From NCBI RefSeq assembly GCF_009914755.1, contig NC_060937.1: a DNA stretch of 64,000 nt. The stretch is one strand, 5' to 3'. The notes below the pieces were generated by a model that was not told the DNA's origin, did not search any database, and saw only the letters and a program-made list of their open reading frames with translations. The translations under genes and the position numbers were made by a program. Position 1 is the stretch's first letter. Each line of letters begins with the position of its first letter. Source of the stretch: the human T2T-CHM13v2.0 reference genome, Homo sapiens. This document shows positions 26,771 to 37,926 of the stretch, piece after piece.

Positions 26771-26806
<36 letters not shown>
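26771..26806. repeat. Poly(T)36 homopolymer
   Basis: Uninterrupted T run with no adjacent Alu or L1 body. Confidence 0.95.
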
Positions 26807-26810
<4 letters not shown>

Positions 26811-28119
26811 CTTTTCAGAATAGATGAACACTGAAGCTTCAGTGTTTAAACCTCTCCTGGTGTTTTGTGCTCAAGAAGTTGGTATCGGGTTGTTTTAACA
26901 GTCGTCATCTTTATCAAGTAATACGGAAAAACTGGGCAGAGCTTTTAAAGAATGAATGACGATGACACAGGCGTTTTCTGCTTACAGATTTCCTCACATC
27001 CTTATTAGGCTATTAGGATCAGCTCTGTCGTGTGCTCAGTTTTCATGTTTTCTTCTTCATGTGAAGGTTGTAGCTCAAGAAGGATTGCTGTACTCTGATA
27101 TTCTCATCAGAGTTTCAGAGTCCATCTGATTTCTTTCAGCAGTAAAGATTGTAACTACTCATTGGCTTTTAGCTAGCATTTCATTTTTAATGGCTCTACC
27201 ATTTTAAAATTCTCCATTCTTTCATGGAGATCAGTTTATCCCAGGGACGTGTGTGTACACGTGTGTTTATAAAGAACAGTGGATGAGCTGCTTCACTCAG
27301 GTTTTCAACAGCAGCCTGAAACTCTACTTCATACAATTTTATATCAAGTCAGCTTTTCTCTGTGGCCAGACCCTCCGTCTTAGTGTTTCTTTCACTGGTG
27401 GCTGGGAAGGCATCCCTTCAGCGGGGAAGGCACTGTGCCTCATGTTTAAAATGTTCTGCATTCTCCTACAGAGTTTCTTGTGTGGGATGATGTATTCTGT
27501 GATCCAACTCTGACCAGCTGAAATCATTTTCTAATTTTAGCATAAAGCATACTTCCTTTGACTTTTTCAAGAAAGGAGAAACAAAACCAGACACTGCTTT
27601 GACGTTGTTGCTAGAAGGGATGTCTTACATAATTTTATCCATCTATACATTATTTCCTATGAAAAGATGACCTTACAGTGGCTTCATAGCATGACCTGCA
27701 TCTCACACAATTCCCTCCCCCATGCAGGGACTAGAATGTGATCGTTGCAGGAAGTTGATGGCTTCTATTCTTGAAATTGTGGCATTAGCTGCTGTGTGGC
27801 CGTCCCTCTCAGCCTGTGTTTTGAAGGTCGCGCACTTCCTCAGAATGCCGGCCCCACTCCGTTTCCAGTTCACAGCGCCACGCAGCTTGTTCTCCCATTA
27901 AATGCACCTTACTATTGTTGGCTAATTTGAGGTCATTATTGGCTGATTTTGAGAATGACTTATTTAACTTTTCTCATTTAACTGTCATTGTGATGGAATA
28001 TTTTGGGTTTTCCAGGAATATAAAATGCATTAATGGCACACCGCTCTAAGAAGTTAATTTTTGATTAACTTTGTTTTGATTAAAGTTGAGTTTTCTAAGA
28101 ACATAATTGGTTTTAATAC

Positions 28120-28310
28120 CAGGGTTTGGCAGTGTTCAGTAAAGAGCCAGATGGTAAACGTTCTCTGCTTTACAGGTTCAGGCCTCTTGCAGCTGTACTC
28201 TGCCCTTGGAACACAACAGCAGTTTTAGACAGGCACAGGCCTGCCTGTGTGCCAGGAAAACTTTTTTAAAAAACAAAACTAGGCGATCAGGCCTTAGTTT
28301 CGCCCAGTAC
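28120..28310 (+). mobile_element. MER58A-like DNA transposon relic
   Basis: CAGGGTTTGGCAG...GTAAAGAGCCAGATGGTAAAC...CTCTGCCCTTG...GTGTGCCAGGAAAACTTT...TAGTTTCGCCCA. Confidence 0.6.
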
Positions 28311-28743
28311 TTTATCACCAGGTGAAGAATAATATGTGGCTGGGGGGGAATCACCTTCCTTCTTACAGCCACATGCCCTGTGTGCTTTTGTGAAATTCTC
28401 ATCTTTTTACTAGATGAAGTACCTTTTTTCTATAAATGTTACTCCGTAGCTAATAAATGTGGCTAGTGGATGTCTTTTGAGTGCTGGGGCCCCAGCTAGA
28501 GCTGCCCCTCCTGTCTGGGGCAGACGCCGTGAGGAGCCCCACGCTCGGCCCAGGTGGCGCGAGCTAGTGTTTGGCCCCAAAAACTGACTGCTGAGAGCCA
28601 GAGATACGAATGAAATGATAAATCCTGAGGTTTATTTCACATGGAGTGTTTAAAGAGCAGAAGGAAGTGCGTGATAAGTGCCCTTTCGCGGTGAGCACGC
28701 GAGTCTCATGTTCTCTGCCCTTCCCGCTCTGTGCCCTTGGCAG

Positions 28744-28968
28744 CTCCCCTCCCACCCGGTCACTCCGTCCAGCAAGCACGCAGACAGCAAGCCCGCGCCG
28801 CTGACGCCCGCCTACCACACGCTGCCCCACCCCTCCCACCACGGCACCCCGCACACCACCATCAACTGGGGACCCCTGGAGCCTCCGAAAACACCCAAGC
28901 CCTGGAGCCTGAGCTGCCTGCGGCCCGCGCCTCCCCTCCGGCCCTCAGCTGCTCTCTGCTACAAGGAG
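28744..28968 (+). CDS. ARHGEF7: ARHGEF7 coding exon, Pro/His-rich region (75 aa): [75 protein letters not shown]
   Basis: gtgcccttggcAG|CTC ... AAGGAG|GTgagg; 225 nt, phase 0-0; CpG-rich. Confidence 0.97.
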
Positions 28969-30629
28969 GTGAGGTCCCTTGACCACTCAAACAGCCAGAT
29001 GACGGTGAGCATGCCTCGGGCCCTGGGTGTGCCCACGTGCTGGGCCTTCTGTGTACAGCAAAATGCACCCTAACTCCTAGAGAACTGAGAAGGGGGGGTC
29101 TGCCTTGGTTCTCTGGTTATCTGCTCTGCTGCTGAGAGGCCCGTGGTAACCTGTGTGGGAAGGCGATGTGCAGGGTCCCCCTCCTTTCTGCCATGCACAG
29201 GGGGGCCTTTACTGCACTTGCCGGAGGAGTGTGCCGCCAGGGGCCAGGAGCTGGAAAGGCGCTGAGCCCAGGTGGCTTTCACTCCCTGTGTGTGAGGCCA
29301 TCGCTCAGCATCTGCACGCTGTCTGCTGCGTCTAACGACCCCTCCTCTAGGTTGGGGATCCTGTCCAGGAGCCCTGCATTTTGTCATCCAGAAGCCATTT
29401 GAGATGAAGAGAACATTTACTAATACAAATGAAAAACAATCACTTAGGCGGTTTCCCCCTTTGATGCATAAGAAATCATGATGCGGTCTTTGCTTGTCTC
29501 TGTTCTCATCCGGCATTTTTATATTTGCTAGGCGCAAATAAAGTACGATTCCAATGAATAAATAGAAGTGTTAACACTTCCTTACACTTTTACCTAAACC
29601 AGCTTGGATGAGGAAAGGAAGTGTCTTTAGAAATCTGTTCTGAGAAGTACTTTCACCTGAGGAAGCTGATAATTGAGATGAGAGTTGTTTTCATAAGCAG
29701 TTGAGCGTGCATGGTGGGTGAGGTATGAGGAGTGGCGGTGAGAGTGTGGGTATCGTGCGCGTCAGTGTGAGCAGCAGTGCCCGTTGGTGGGGTGTGAGTG
29801 AGCGTGAGGATGGTGACACGCTCTTGCCTGGCATTGTGCCTCTGTGTCTGGTCAAGGCCACATTTGCCAAGGGAACTGGAGCAGACTTTTTCTACATTCT
29901 TGCCGGCAGCCCTGGGGGTTTTAAGGCCCACAGGAAAGTACTGTATGAGAAATTAGGATCTGTGCTTTTCATTTTTTGTTCTGAGTCTTTGTTTTTATGA
30001 TATCTTTCAGGTAATCATGTGTGCAAGTCAGAATTTCCATTTTCTATCATGGGAAGTTACTTGAAGAATGTTGCTGTTCCTTATTGTATACTTTAGTGTG
30101 CACAGTCTAAAGAAAAAGTGAGCTACTACAAGAACTGGTGGAGACTGAATTACTAGGGAAGAAAATTGGGATAAAACTGTTGGGCAAAGAAGTAGAAAGG
30201 GCAACGGAAGGGGTATTGAAGTGAAGATAAACAATTTTTTTTGATAAGTCTGGCTGCATTTGCTTTGCCAACTCTACACTGGGAGAGAAGGGCTCACACC
30301 GAGCAGCTGCCGTCCAGTGTTGCTGAGCACCGCCCAGCAGTAGCGTGGAGAGTGATCTTGCAGGGTGTGAGAAGAGGACATGGAGGCTCGTGGAGGCCGC
30401 TCTGCAGCCCGCTCTGCCTGGCTCTGGCTCAGGTGTGCTGTGTGCTCTGTGACCCTCTGCGCCTGCAGGTGCCCTCGGAGCACGTGAGGGGCGGGCGTTG
30501 GCTCTTCAAGGCTCTCCATCTCAATTTGCTTCGAATTAGGGAAGCCATGAGCACATGTGTATAAATGTGTCTTCTGGAACAGATTGCTGCTGCATTTCTA
30601 AGAGCTTTCCAATTTTTTATAGAAATACT

Positions 30630-30840
30630 TTTGTTTAACTTTTTGAAGGCTATTTTAGATTCAGAGTTTGTTACGTGGCTGTATTGGGTGATGCTGGGGT
30701 TTGGGCTTCTGGGGTACCTATTACCCAAATAGGAAACATTGTACCCAATGGGTAGCTTTTCAAAACTCACCCCCATCACCTTCCGCCTTTTGGAGTCCCC
30801 AGGGTCTGTCATTTCCATGTGTACCCATTGTTTAGCTCCC
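30630..30840 (-). mobile_element. L1 3'-end fragment (old L1PA/L1PB-type), antisense
   Basis: GTTTGTTACGTGG.TGTATTGGGTGATGCTGGGGTTTGGGCTTCT...ACATTGTACCCAAT...TTTGGAGTCCCCAG...ATGTGTACCCATTGTTTAGCTCCC resembles the reverse complement of an L1 3'UTR. Confidence 0.75.
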
Positions 30841-31740
30841 AAGAAAAGACTTTTAAAGATAATTTTAAAAACCAAGCTTTGTTTCCTCTGTTTCCAGCCT
30901 GGTTCATTCCATAGCACATCTCATCTTCTGAGTCTTGGTCTCGCGTTTAGCATTCGTGATGGTTTATGTCGTTGGGGTGATGCAGAAACCAGCCTTTTTT
31001 TGATATCGGTATTTAACACGTGCTTGACAGTTGACACCTTACCTGCTCTGTTGGGACTTGCTTTGCTCACTTTGTTTTTTGCCGTCGTCTTCTGTGCTTG
31101 TTTGAAAAGCTGTTTGAAGAGGTAAGGGGTGGGCCATTCCGTTGTGAACACTCTGAGCTGGTGTGCATGTGGCCCCTGCACAGCAGCCCTGGCCGAGCTT
31201 GGCTGTGCTCCTGGCACTCAGAGTCAGGTAGCTGAGCACTCGCTCCCTTTTCTTCTCCCTGAAACTTCAAATATTTTCTTAAAGCAATTATTTTTTACTT
31301 ATCTGTCATTTAATGACAACCTTAGTTTCCTCCTCTCTTTCCAGTTAGCTGTGCCAGGGGATAGGTCTGTCCTAGGGAGCAGCTGCCCCCTCCTCTCCTC
31401 CTCCCTCAGGAGCGTGCAGGATGTCTGTGCACACCAGCGCCAGCCTGCCTCCTGGTGACACCTCTCATCACAGGACTAACAGGACCCAAATGACACGAGG
31501 GGTTTTATTAGAATTAAAAAAAAAAAATTAGCCAATGACTAATACTGAAAATGCCCTATTGATTTTTAAAAATTAACGTTCAGAAGCTGGTAAAGAAAAA
31601 TCAAAGTAGGAAAAGGCGAGAAGCTCTTATCAGTGGCTATAATAATTTGGGGTTTTATACCTTTACAGCAGCCTTTCTGATATGCCAGTGAAAATGATTG
31701 GCTTTAGAGTATGTTAGCATTTTCTTTTGTCTTTCCCTAG

Positions 31741-31834
31741 GATCTTAGTAAGAGCCCTAAGACCATGAAAAAGCTGCTGCCCAAGCGCAAACCTGAACGG
31801 AAGCCTTCAGATGAGGAGTTCGCGTCCCGGAAAA
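31741..31834 (+). CDS. ARHGEF7: ARHGEF7 coding exon: [31 protein letters not shown](S)
   Basis: gtctttccctAG|GAT ... AAAA|GTgagt; 94 nt, phase 0-1; carries the basophilic kinase motifs RKPS and RKS/T. Confidence 0.97.
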
Positions 31835-33947
31835 GTGAGTACCTGCGGTCCGTGTGGTGGAGGACGTGGCCTCCTGGTCACGTAGGCCATGGCTTTCCTG
31901 GGATAGAGGGAGGCTTGGTGGCTTTCTGAAGACTCCAAACAAAAGTAAGGTCTGCCCCTTGAGGCAGTGATAGGAATAAGCCACGTAACATTTACCCAAG
32001 CAAGCAGGAGAAGCGCCTTTGTGTCAGTGGTGAAGCCTCCGTGCCAGTCCCGGCACCACTGCCTTATAGCCCCTTCCTCATCCAGGAGCTGGGGCCGGAC
32101 CTGGAGGGCTCTCCTGCTCTTCTGGTTCTCCCTCTTGCCTATAAGATATTCCACCCACACTTCCTGAAGTGCCAGCATCTCCCAAAGCACCCTGTGTCTG
32201 TTAGAAGCGTGACCTGCTGTGTTCTCGTGTGGGTAGCACCCACCCGTGCTGTTCTCTTGCTGGTCTCTCTGCTGTTGGACCTGTCCTGTCTGCTCCTCAG
32301 GCCTAGGGGTCTGACTCAGCTCTGGGTTCCTATGTGGCCTCGCAGCAAGCACCTGGCACCTGTTAGGTGCTCGGTAGATAGCTTTTGAATAAGTGGAGCT
32401 CTTTTCAGAAGTAAGTGATTTTCCTGGGGGTGACTGCTGGGAAGGGGTGCACGTGAACAGATTGCTGTGGACTGATGGGTGCAGCCCAGGGAGAGAGAGC
32501 CAGCTCTGGGAAAGTTGCAGGATCTGTCCTACAGGGCTCTGCCCTGCCCCGCCCCTGTGTCTGAGCTCAGCCTTTGTTGGTCCTTTGCCTTCACTGCTCA
32601 CTTCCTCCAGCCTCAGGAGGAGGCCCAGCAGCCGTCCCACACGCTCACTGTGCCATGCCACTGCTGGCCTCCCCTCACCGCCACCTTATCATCAATCAGC
32701 CCAGTGAGGTGACCGTGCTGGGGTGTTCATTCTTTTCTTGTCCTTGTCACCTGATGTCCATGGCAGTATAAGTCACCATCCTGACTGTCCTTCTCCTTAG
32801 GTAGTCCAGGTCCCTGACCACCAGGGCCCCTGATGAGATGGTGAGGCCCTGGGGTCTAGTGATTGAAGTGGAGCTGGTGCTGGATGCCTGCTCTGTTGCT
32901 TACTGGCTGTGCCGGGGCTTCTCTCTGAGAGGGCTGTTCTGTGGGCCACTTCCTTCAGCAGATCCAGGGGCAGCACTGAGCTGGGCCGGGGGCCGGCTGC
33001 AGCTGAGACCATCGTTCATGGACGCGTGCTTCATCAGCACCTTCGTGGGCTGGGTGGGAAGGATACAGTGTGGCCGAAAGAGATCCCTGTTCTCATAGAG
33101 CCTATGTTTTAGTAGGAGGATACAGACAAGAAACAAAACAAGTGAACAATGTGTGGGCCATGGAGTGCTGCAGAGACCCAGTGGGGAGGACAGGTGGGAG
33201 ATTCGGTGCCAGGGCGCCATTTGAGCAGCCTCCTGGGGCTGAGGAAGCAGGCCAAGCAGGTGTCTGGGGAGGAGCTCTCCAGGCCTGGTTGCAGAGACCC
33301 TGAGCAGGAACCCCAGGCTGTGCCCAAGGGACAGTGCGCTGTGTGGGCCCAAGCTCCCCTGGCAGAGCGGGAGGTAGCACAGCACCCTGAGCAGCAGGCA
33401 GCCAGAGTCCGGTTCCATAGACAAGATGATGGGCCCGGGTTTTCACAGGACCACGGGCTGCCGTGTGGGGAACAGACAGGCACGGATGGCCACGTCGACA
33501 CTGAGAGTTGTCGGCCTTTTGTTTTCATCTGGCTGGCGTGTGGAAACACGAAAATGTTTTAATTTTCATTTCTCGTTTTAGCGAGATTGGACATTTTTTC
33601 TTAGAACTCTTCTTGTTTTGTGACTTCCTTATTCCTATCTCCTGCCCTTTTTTCAGTTTGAGAGTGGGGATACTAATTTTCTTACGGGTTGGTAGGATAA
33701 TCATTATAAAGTTAGGATGTTCGCCGTTTTTCCAAATGTGTTGCAAATATTTTTATTTGCATTTATTTTATTTTATTTTGAATATAACTCATGAATTTTG
33801 TAGAAAACAGTTATCTGACAAGAAAATCAAGGGCAGATTATCTTACTTGGTCACTTTGGTCGAGTTGATGTCTGCATTGCATTCGTCTCGCCAGTTGCCC
33901 TAGAGGCCTTTCAGTTCGACTGTGAACTGTTGCGCATCTCTTGACAG

Positions 33948-34037
33948 GCACAGCTGCTTTGGAAGAAGATGCTCAGATTCTGAAAGTCATTGAAGCTTAC
34001 TGCACCAGCGCCAAAACAAGGCAAACACTCAATTCAA
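33948..34037 (+). CDS. ARHGEF7: ARHGEF7 coding exon, GIT-binding region: STAALEEDAQILKVIEAYCTSAKTRQTLNS
   Basis: catctcttgacAG|GC ... TCAA|GTaagt; 90 nt, phase 1-1. Confidence 0.97.
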
Positions 34038-34620
34038 GTAAGTTTAGCAATAAGGCCTGGGAAGTGTGGTGGTTTATTCTGTTTAGTTTCAAATTACAGT
34101 CTGAAGGAACCTGTTGTGGTAGGCCCCTTGCACAGCCCATGCGCCTGACCTCCCAGTGAGTGATGTTTCAGTCAGGGGTGGCAGGCAGGACAGCAGCTGA
34201 GCTTCAGGTCCCTAAATTCATGCAGCTGCGTCTGAGCTGTGGGCACAATTGCTGTGTGATTTTCTAGATAAAATTATACTAGGAAATATTTAAATAGAAG
34301 GTATTGCCAGAATTCATAATGCTTTTGCTAAGAGAAGACGTGTTTAGAAGATAGTGGAAGATTAGTTCAGTTATTTCAGCTATTTAAACTGTTGGTGTAG
34401 TACTGGAATTTTTGGTTTTTATTTTGTTATTATTTTTTAGTTTCTTAGAAATATCCAAAATACAAACCTTGAGCAAGGTTTCTTTTAGCCTTTCTAAAAA
34501 ATAATTGCTTTTAAAAATTTTTTGGAAATTTACAACTAATTTATTCAGCAGATTTCAGAACCACAGGATTTACGTGTGTCTGATGTACAGTGTCTTAAAT
34601 GAAAAACTTTTTTCTATTAA

Positions 34621-34927
<307 letters not shown>

Positions 34928-35807
34928 CTAAGGTGGCTTTTTTTCTTTAAATTTTTCCTCCGGTGTTGCCAGTGAAGCACAGCAGGGTGGCGGCTGATGC
35001 AGCGTGCCTGTCATTTACCCTGCTGGCATCTGCGTGCCCACAACAGCTGACATGTGGGCACGTGCTGCTGGGGCCTCGGACACCACAGGTGGTCCTTTTG
35101 AGAACTGGATGATTTCTGTATTATCTCAGCATAGAAACTGATGTATCCTCAAATTTAGGACTTGGTGCCCTTTCCAGCTCGACTGTCACTTAATCTCACT
35201 TGCTCGTTTTGTTAATCACCTGCAGTGTGGTGGTTCCAATTAGTGTCATGTATTGTTTAATGCTGAGAAAAGGAGAGAGAGGGAAGAGGACTTCTCAACT
35301 GCTTTAGCTTTTATCAAAGACGGCTGCAGCTGTGAAGATAGGATGAGCAGGGTAAATCCTTCACAGAATCTCGATTATCCAGAAGCTTCTTTTTTTTTAA
35401 CCATTTTCAGTATTTTACTGGTGTCGTACCATATCCCGTCTATGACATTAAGACTTTTTGCCAAGGGTCAACACTGTTGGTTTTTTTGTCCATACTTTAG
35501 TGAAAAATATCCATTTGTAGTGACTGCTTATCAGAATAGGAGAGAAATAGAGAAACGGAAAGGCCTGGGTAACCCATCAGAAGGTGGAATAAATATGTGT
35601 ATAATCACACAATAACGTCTAAGTACAAATTGTTGTGATGAAAGGTACTACATTTTTATAATTTGATATTGATCATGTTTTAAGTAATAGGCTGTAAAAT
35701 GTGGCCATAAATTTTTGGATTTTGAATTTGAGATTTTTTTGTCATCTCAATTTCAGTTACTTGAAATAAAATTTTAACCAAGTAGTCTTAGATGAACAGA
35801 CCAGGTT

Positions 35808-36136
35808 CAGTTGGCCACCCAACCGTGTCTGTGAGTTCTGCATTTGTGAATTCAACCAACTGCAGATAACTACTCAGAAAAAAGAAACAATAAAAAGTAA
35901 CAATATAACAGTAAAAAATAATACAAATAAAAAATAATTATACTTATAACAGCTATTTATATGGCATTTACATTGTATTAGGTACTATAATTTAGAAATG
36001 ACTCAAAGTATATGGGAGGTTGTGTGTAGGTACAATGCAAACACCATGCCATCTTATATCAGGGACTGGAGCGTCTGAGGATTTTGGTGTCCAAGGGGAG
36101 TCCTGGAACCAATCCCCTGTGGGTGAGGGCCGACTG
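35808..36136 (-). mobile_element. MER2-like TcMar-Tigger MITE
   Basis: Terminal inverted repeats CAGTTGGCC / GGCCGACTG; internal GGCATTTACATTGTATTAGGTA...GTCCTGGAACCAATCCCC typical of MER2. Confidence 0.82.
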
Positions 36137-37711
36137 AGGGCTGAGCTTTGTATGTGTCATAGTGCCCACCACATTTCTTCATGACCAGGGTCCTGTGATA
36201 CGCTGCGGCTTCACGGCCCCTGGCTGCCTAAGGGGAATGGCCCACAATTCCTTTTCTTTTCTTGTCACATTGCCTGTATTCTGTATTTCCATTTCTCCTG
36301 TGCAAGAAAAGCATTGAACGATACATTGATTTTTGTTTTTAATTCATATTATGGGCAAACCACTCTGGGGCTTCAGGGAGCTTGCAGTCATATATGCCCT
36401 TTAAACCTAACACTCAAAACTAGGGAGTAATAGGAGAAATTGCTCGCTTGTGCTGGAAAGGTGGTATACTTACTCAAGGTGTCTGGAAATGGGATCATAG
36501 TGAAAGCAGCTCTTTTTACATTAAATGCTTAGTAAAACGGGTTTTAGAAGGATAATATATTTTACCTAAAATGCAGCTCTGTTCAATACACACATTTGGA
36601 TGCCAAGAAGATTTTGTAAACCAAACTTCCTTGGTATTGATTTCTAACTCCAGGAAGTAACGGCCCTCACAGTCTGTTATGATGTAGTTCTCGCAGTCTG
36701 AGAACAGAGGTCAATTTGATAGAAGCAGGAGTAGGGAGGGGCCAGGGCTACTGTGATTTGCCTTCACCTAGCGAGGGGCATCCCCGCCTCTGCATGGAGG
36801 GAGACCCTGGCGGCCCAGCCTGCCTCTCAGCCCAGGTGCCTGGCCATGGGCAGTGCTCATAGTTGCCAGCCACTCGTGATTATTTCTCTCCTGACATGTT
36901 GTGCCACTTCCTCTGTCATTCTCCTTTTAACACTGGGACGTTGCCAGTTCATGTCTCTCTTCCTGACAGCAGAGGGTCTGCATTGGGGTGGCCGGTGTTG
37001 CCAGCAGACCCAGCTTCCCACTGCACCCTGCCTGCGGGCTAAGCTCCAGCGCGCCCTGGGAGCAGGGGGTGGGTTCTGGGGCTGTGGGCCCTGCCCAATC
37101 CTTTTCTGCCCTCTGAGTTCTCACAGTGGTTATTGATTGATCAGGTAAGTCCAGACCCACTCTCAGGTTTATGGTCTTGGCAAAGAGCCAGCTGAAAAAG
37201 CCCGTCAGAATTCCTTTGAAATTATTTTGCATTTGATACATCTGTTTATTGATAGGAAACAATTTTTAATTAGCCACATAAATGGCACCTTTCCCAAATG
37301 ATGTCCTAAATGAGACTATTTGTTAATTGAATGTGGAATAGAATTGATTAATTGCCACATGTCTATAGAATAATCTTTTGGACATGGGTGTGATTTGTAA
37401 AAGATTTCTTAAATGAGGGCTTTAGAGCAATATCTTTTTTTAAAAAAGCAGTTTGAAACATTGTATATTAGGTTTAATTAGATAATAATCGATCTAGTTT
37501 TATTCTAAGGGTTTTGCTAAGTTCGTTATTGTGAAACCCAGCCGTATATAAGGAAAAATATGCATTGTTGCCAATTTTTAACACTATTTTCTCTTTTCCT
37601 TCTCTTCCCATCACCTTTTGCTTTTGTTCCATGTTTTGGTTGTGGCTCTTCCTGTCGTTCTCCTCCTCACCCCCTGCCTGTCGCGCCTGTCCCTCCGCCC
37701 GCCCGTCTTAG

Positions 37712-37888
37712 CATGGCAAGGCACTGACCTGATGCATAATCACGTCTTGGCTGATGATGACCAACCAAGCCTAGACTCCCTGGGGCGTCGCAGTAGCCTT
37801 TCTCGTTTGGAGCCTTCAGACCTCTCGGAAGACTCTGACTATGACAGTATATGGACAGCCCATAGTTACAGAATGGGTTCTACATCTC
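37712..37888 (+). CDS. ARHGEF7: ARHGEF7 alternative cassette exon, 59-aa Ser-rich insert: TWQGTDLMHNHVLADDDQPSLDSLGRRSSLSRLEPSDLSEDSDYDSIWTAHSYRMGSTS(R)
   Basis: cccgtcttAG|CATGG ... TCTC|GTaaga; 177 nt, phase 1-1, in frame between exons 33948-34037 and 46340-46439; size matches my recollection of the neuronal beta-Pix-b insert. Confidence 0.9.
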
Positions 37889-37926
37889 GTAAGAGCTGTT
37901 GCTCATATATCTCTCACCAGAACTAA
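37712..37926 (+). CDS. ARHGEF7: ARHGEF7 alternative terminal exon, reading through the 37889 donor and ending ...GSTSRKSCCSYISHQN*
   Basis: The frame stays open past the internal donor to TAA at 37924-37926 (ORF 37618-37926). This gives an isoform without the coiled coil or PDZ ligand (beta-Pix-d-like). Confidence 0.88.

Noticed and set aside
31807-32661. 284-aa antisense ORF overlapping an ARHGEF7 exon
   Set aside because: GC-rich intron sequence, partly an L2-like relic, with no recognisable domain or codon bias. Such ORFs arise by chance.
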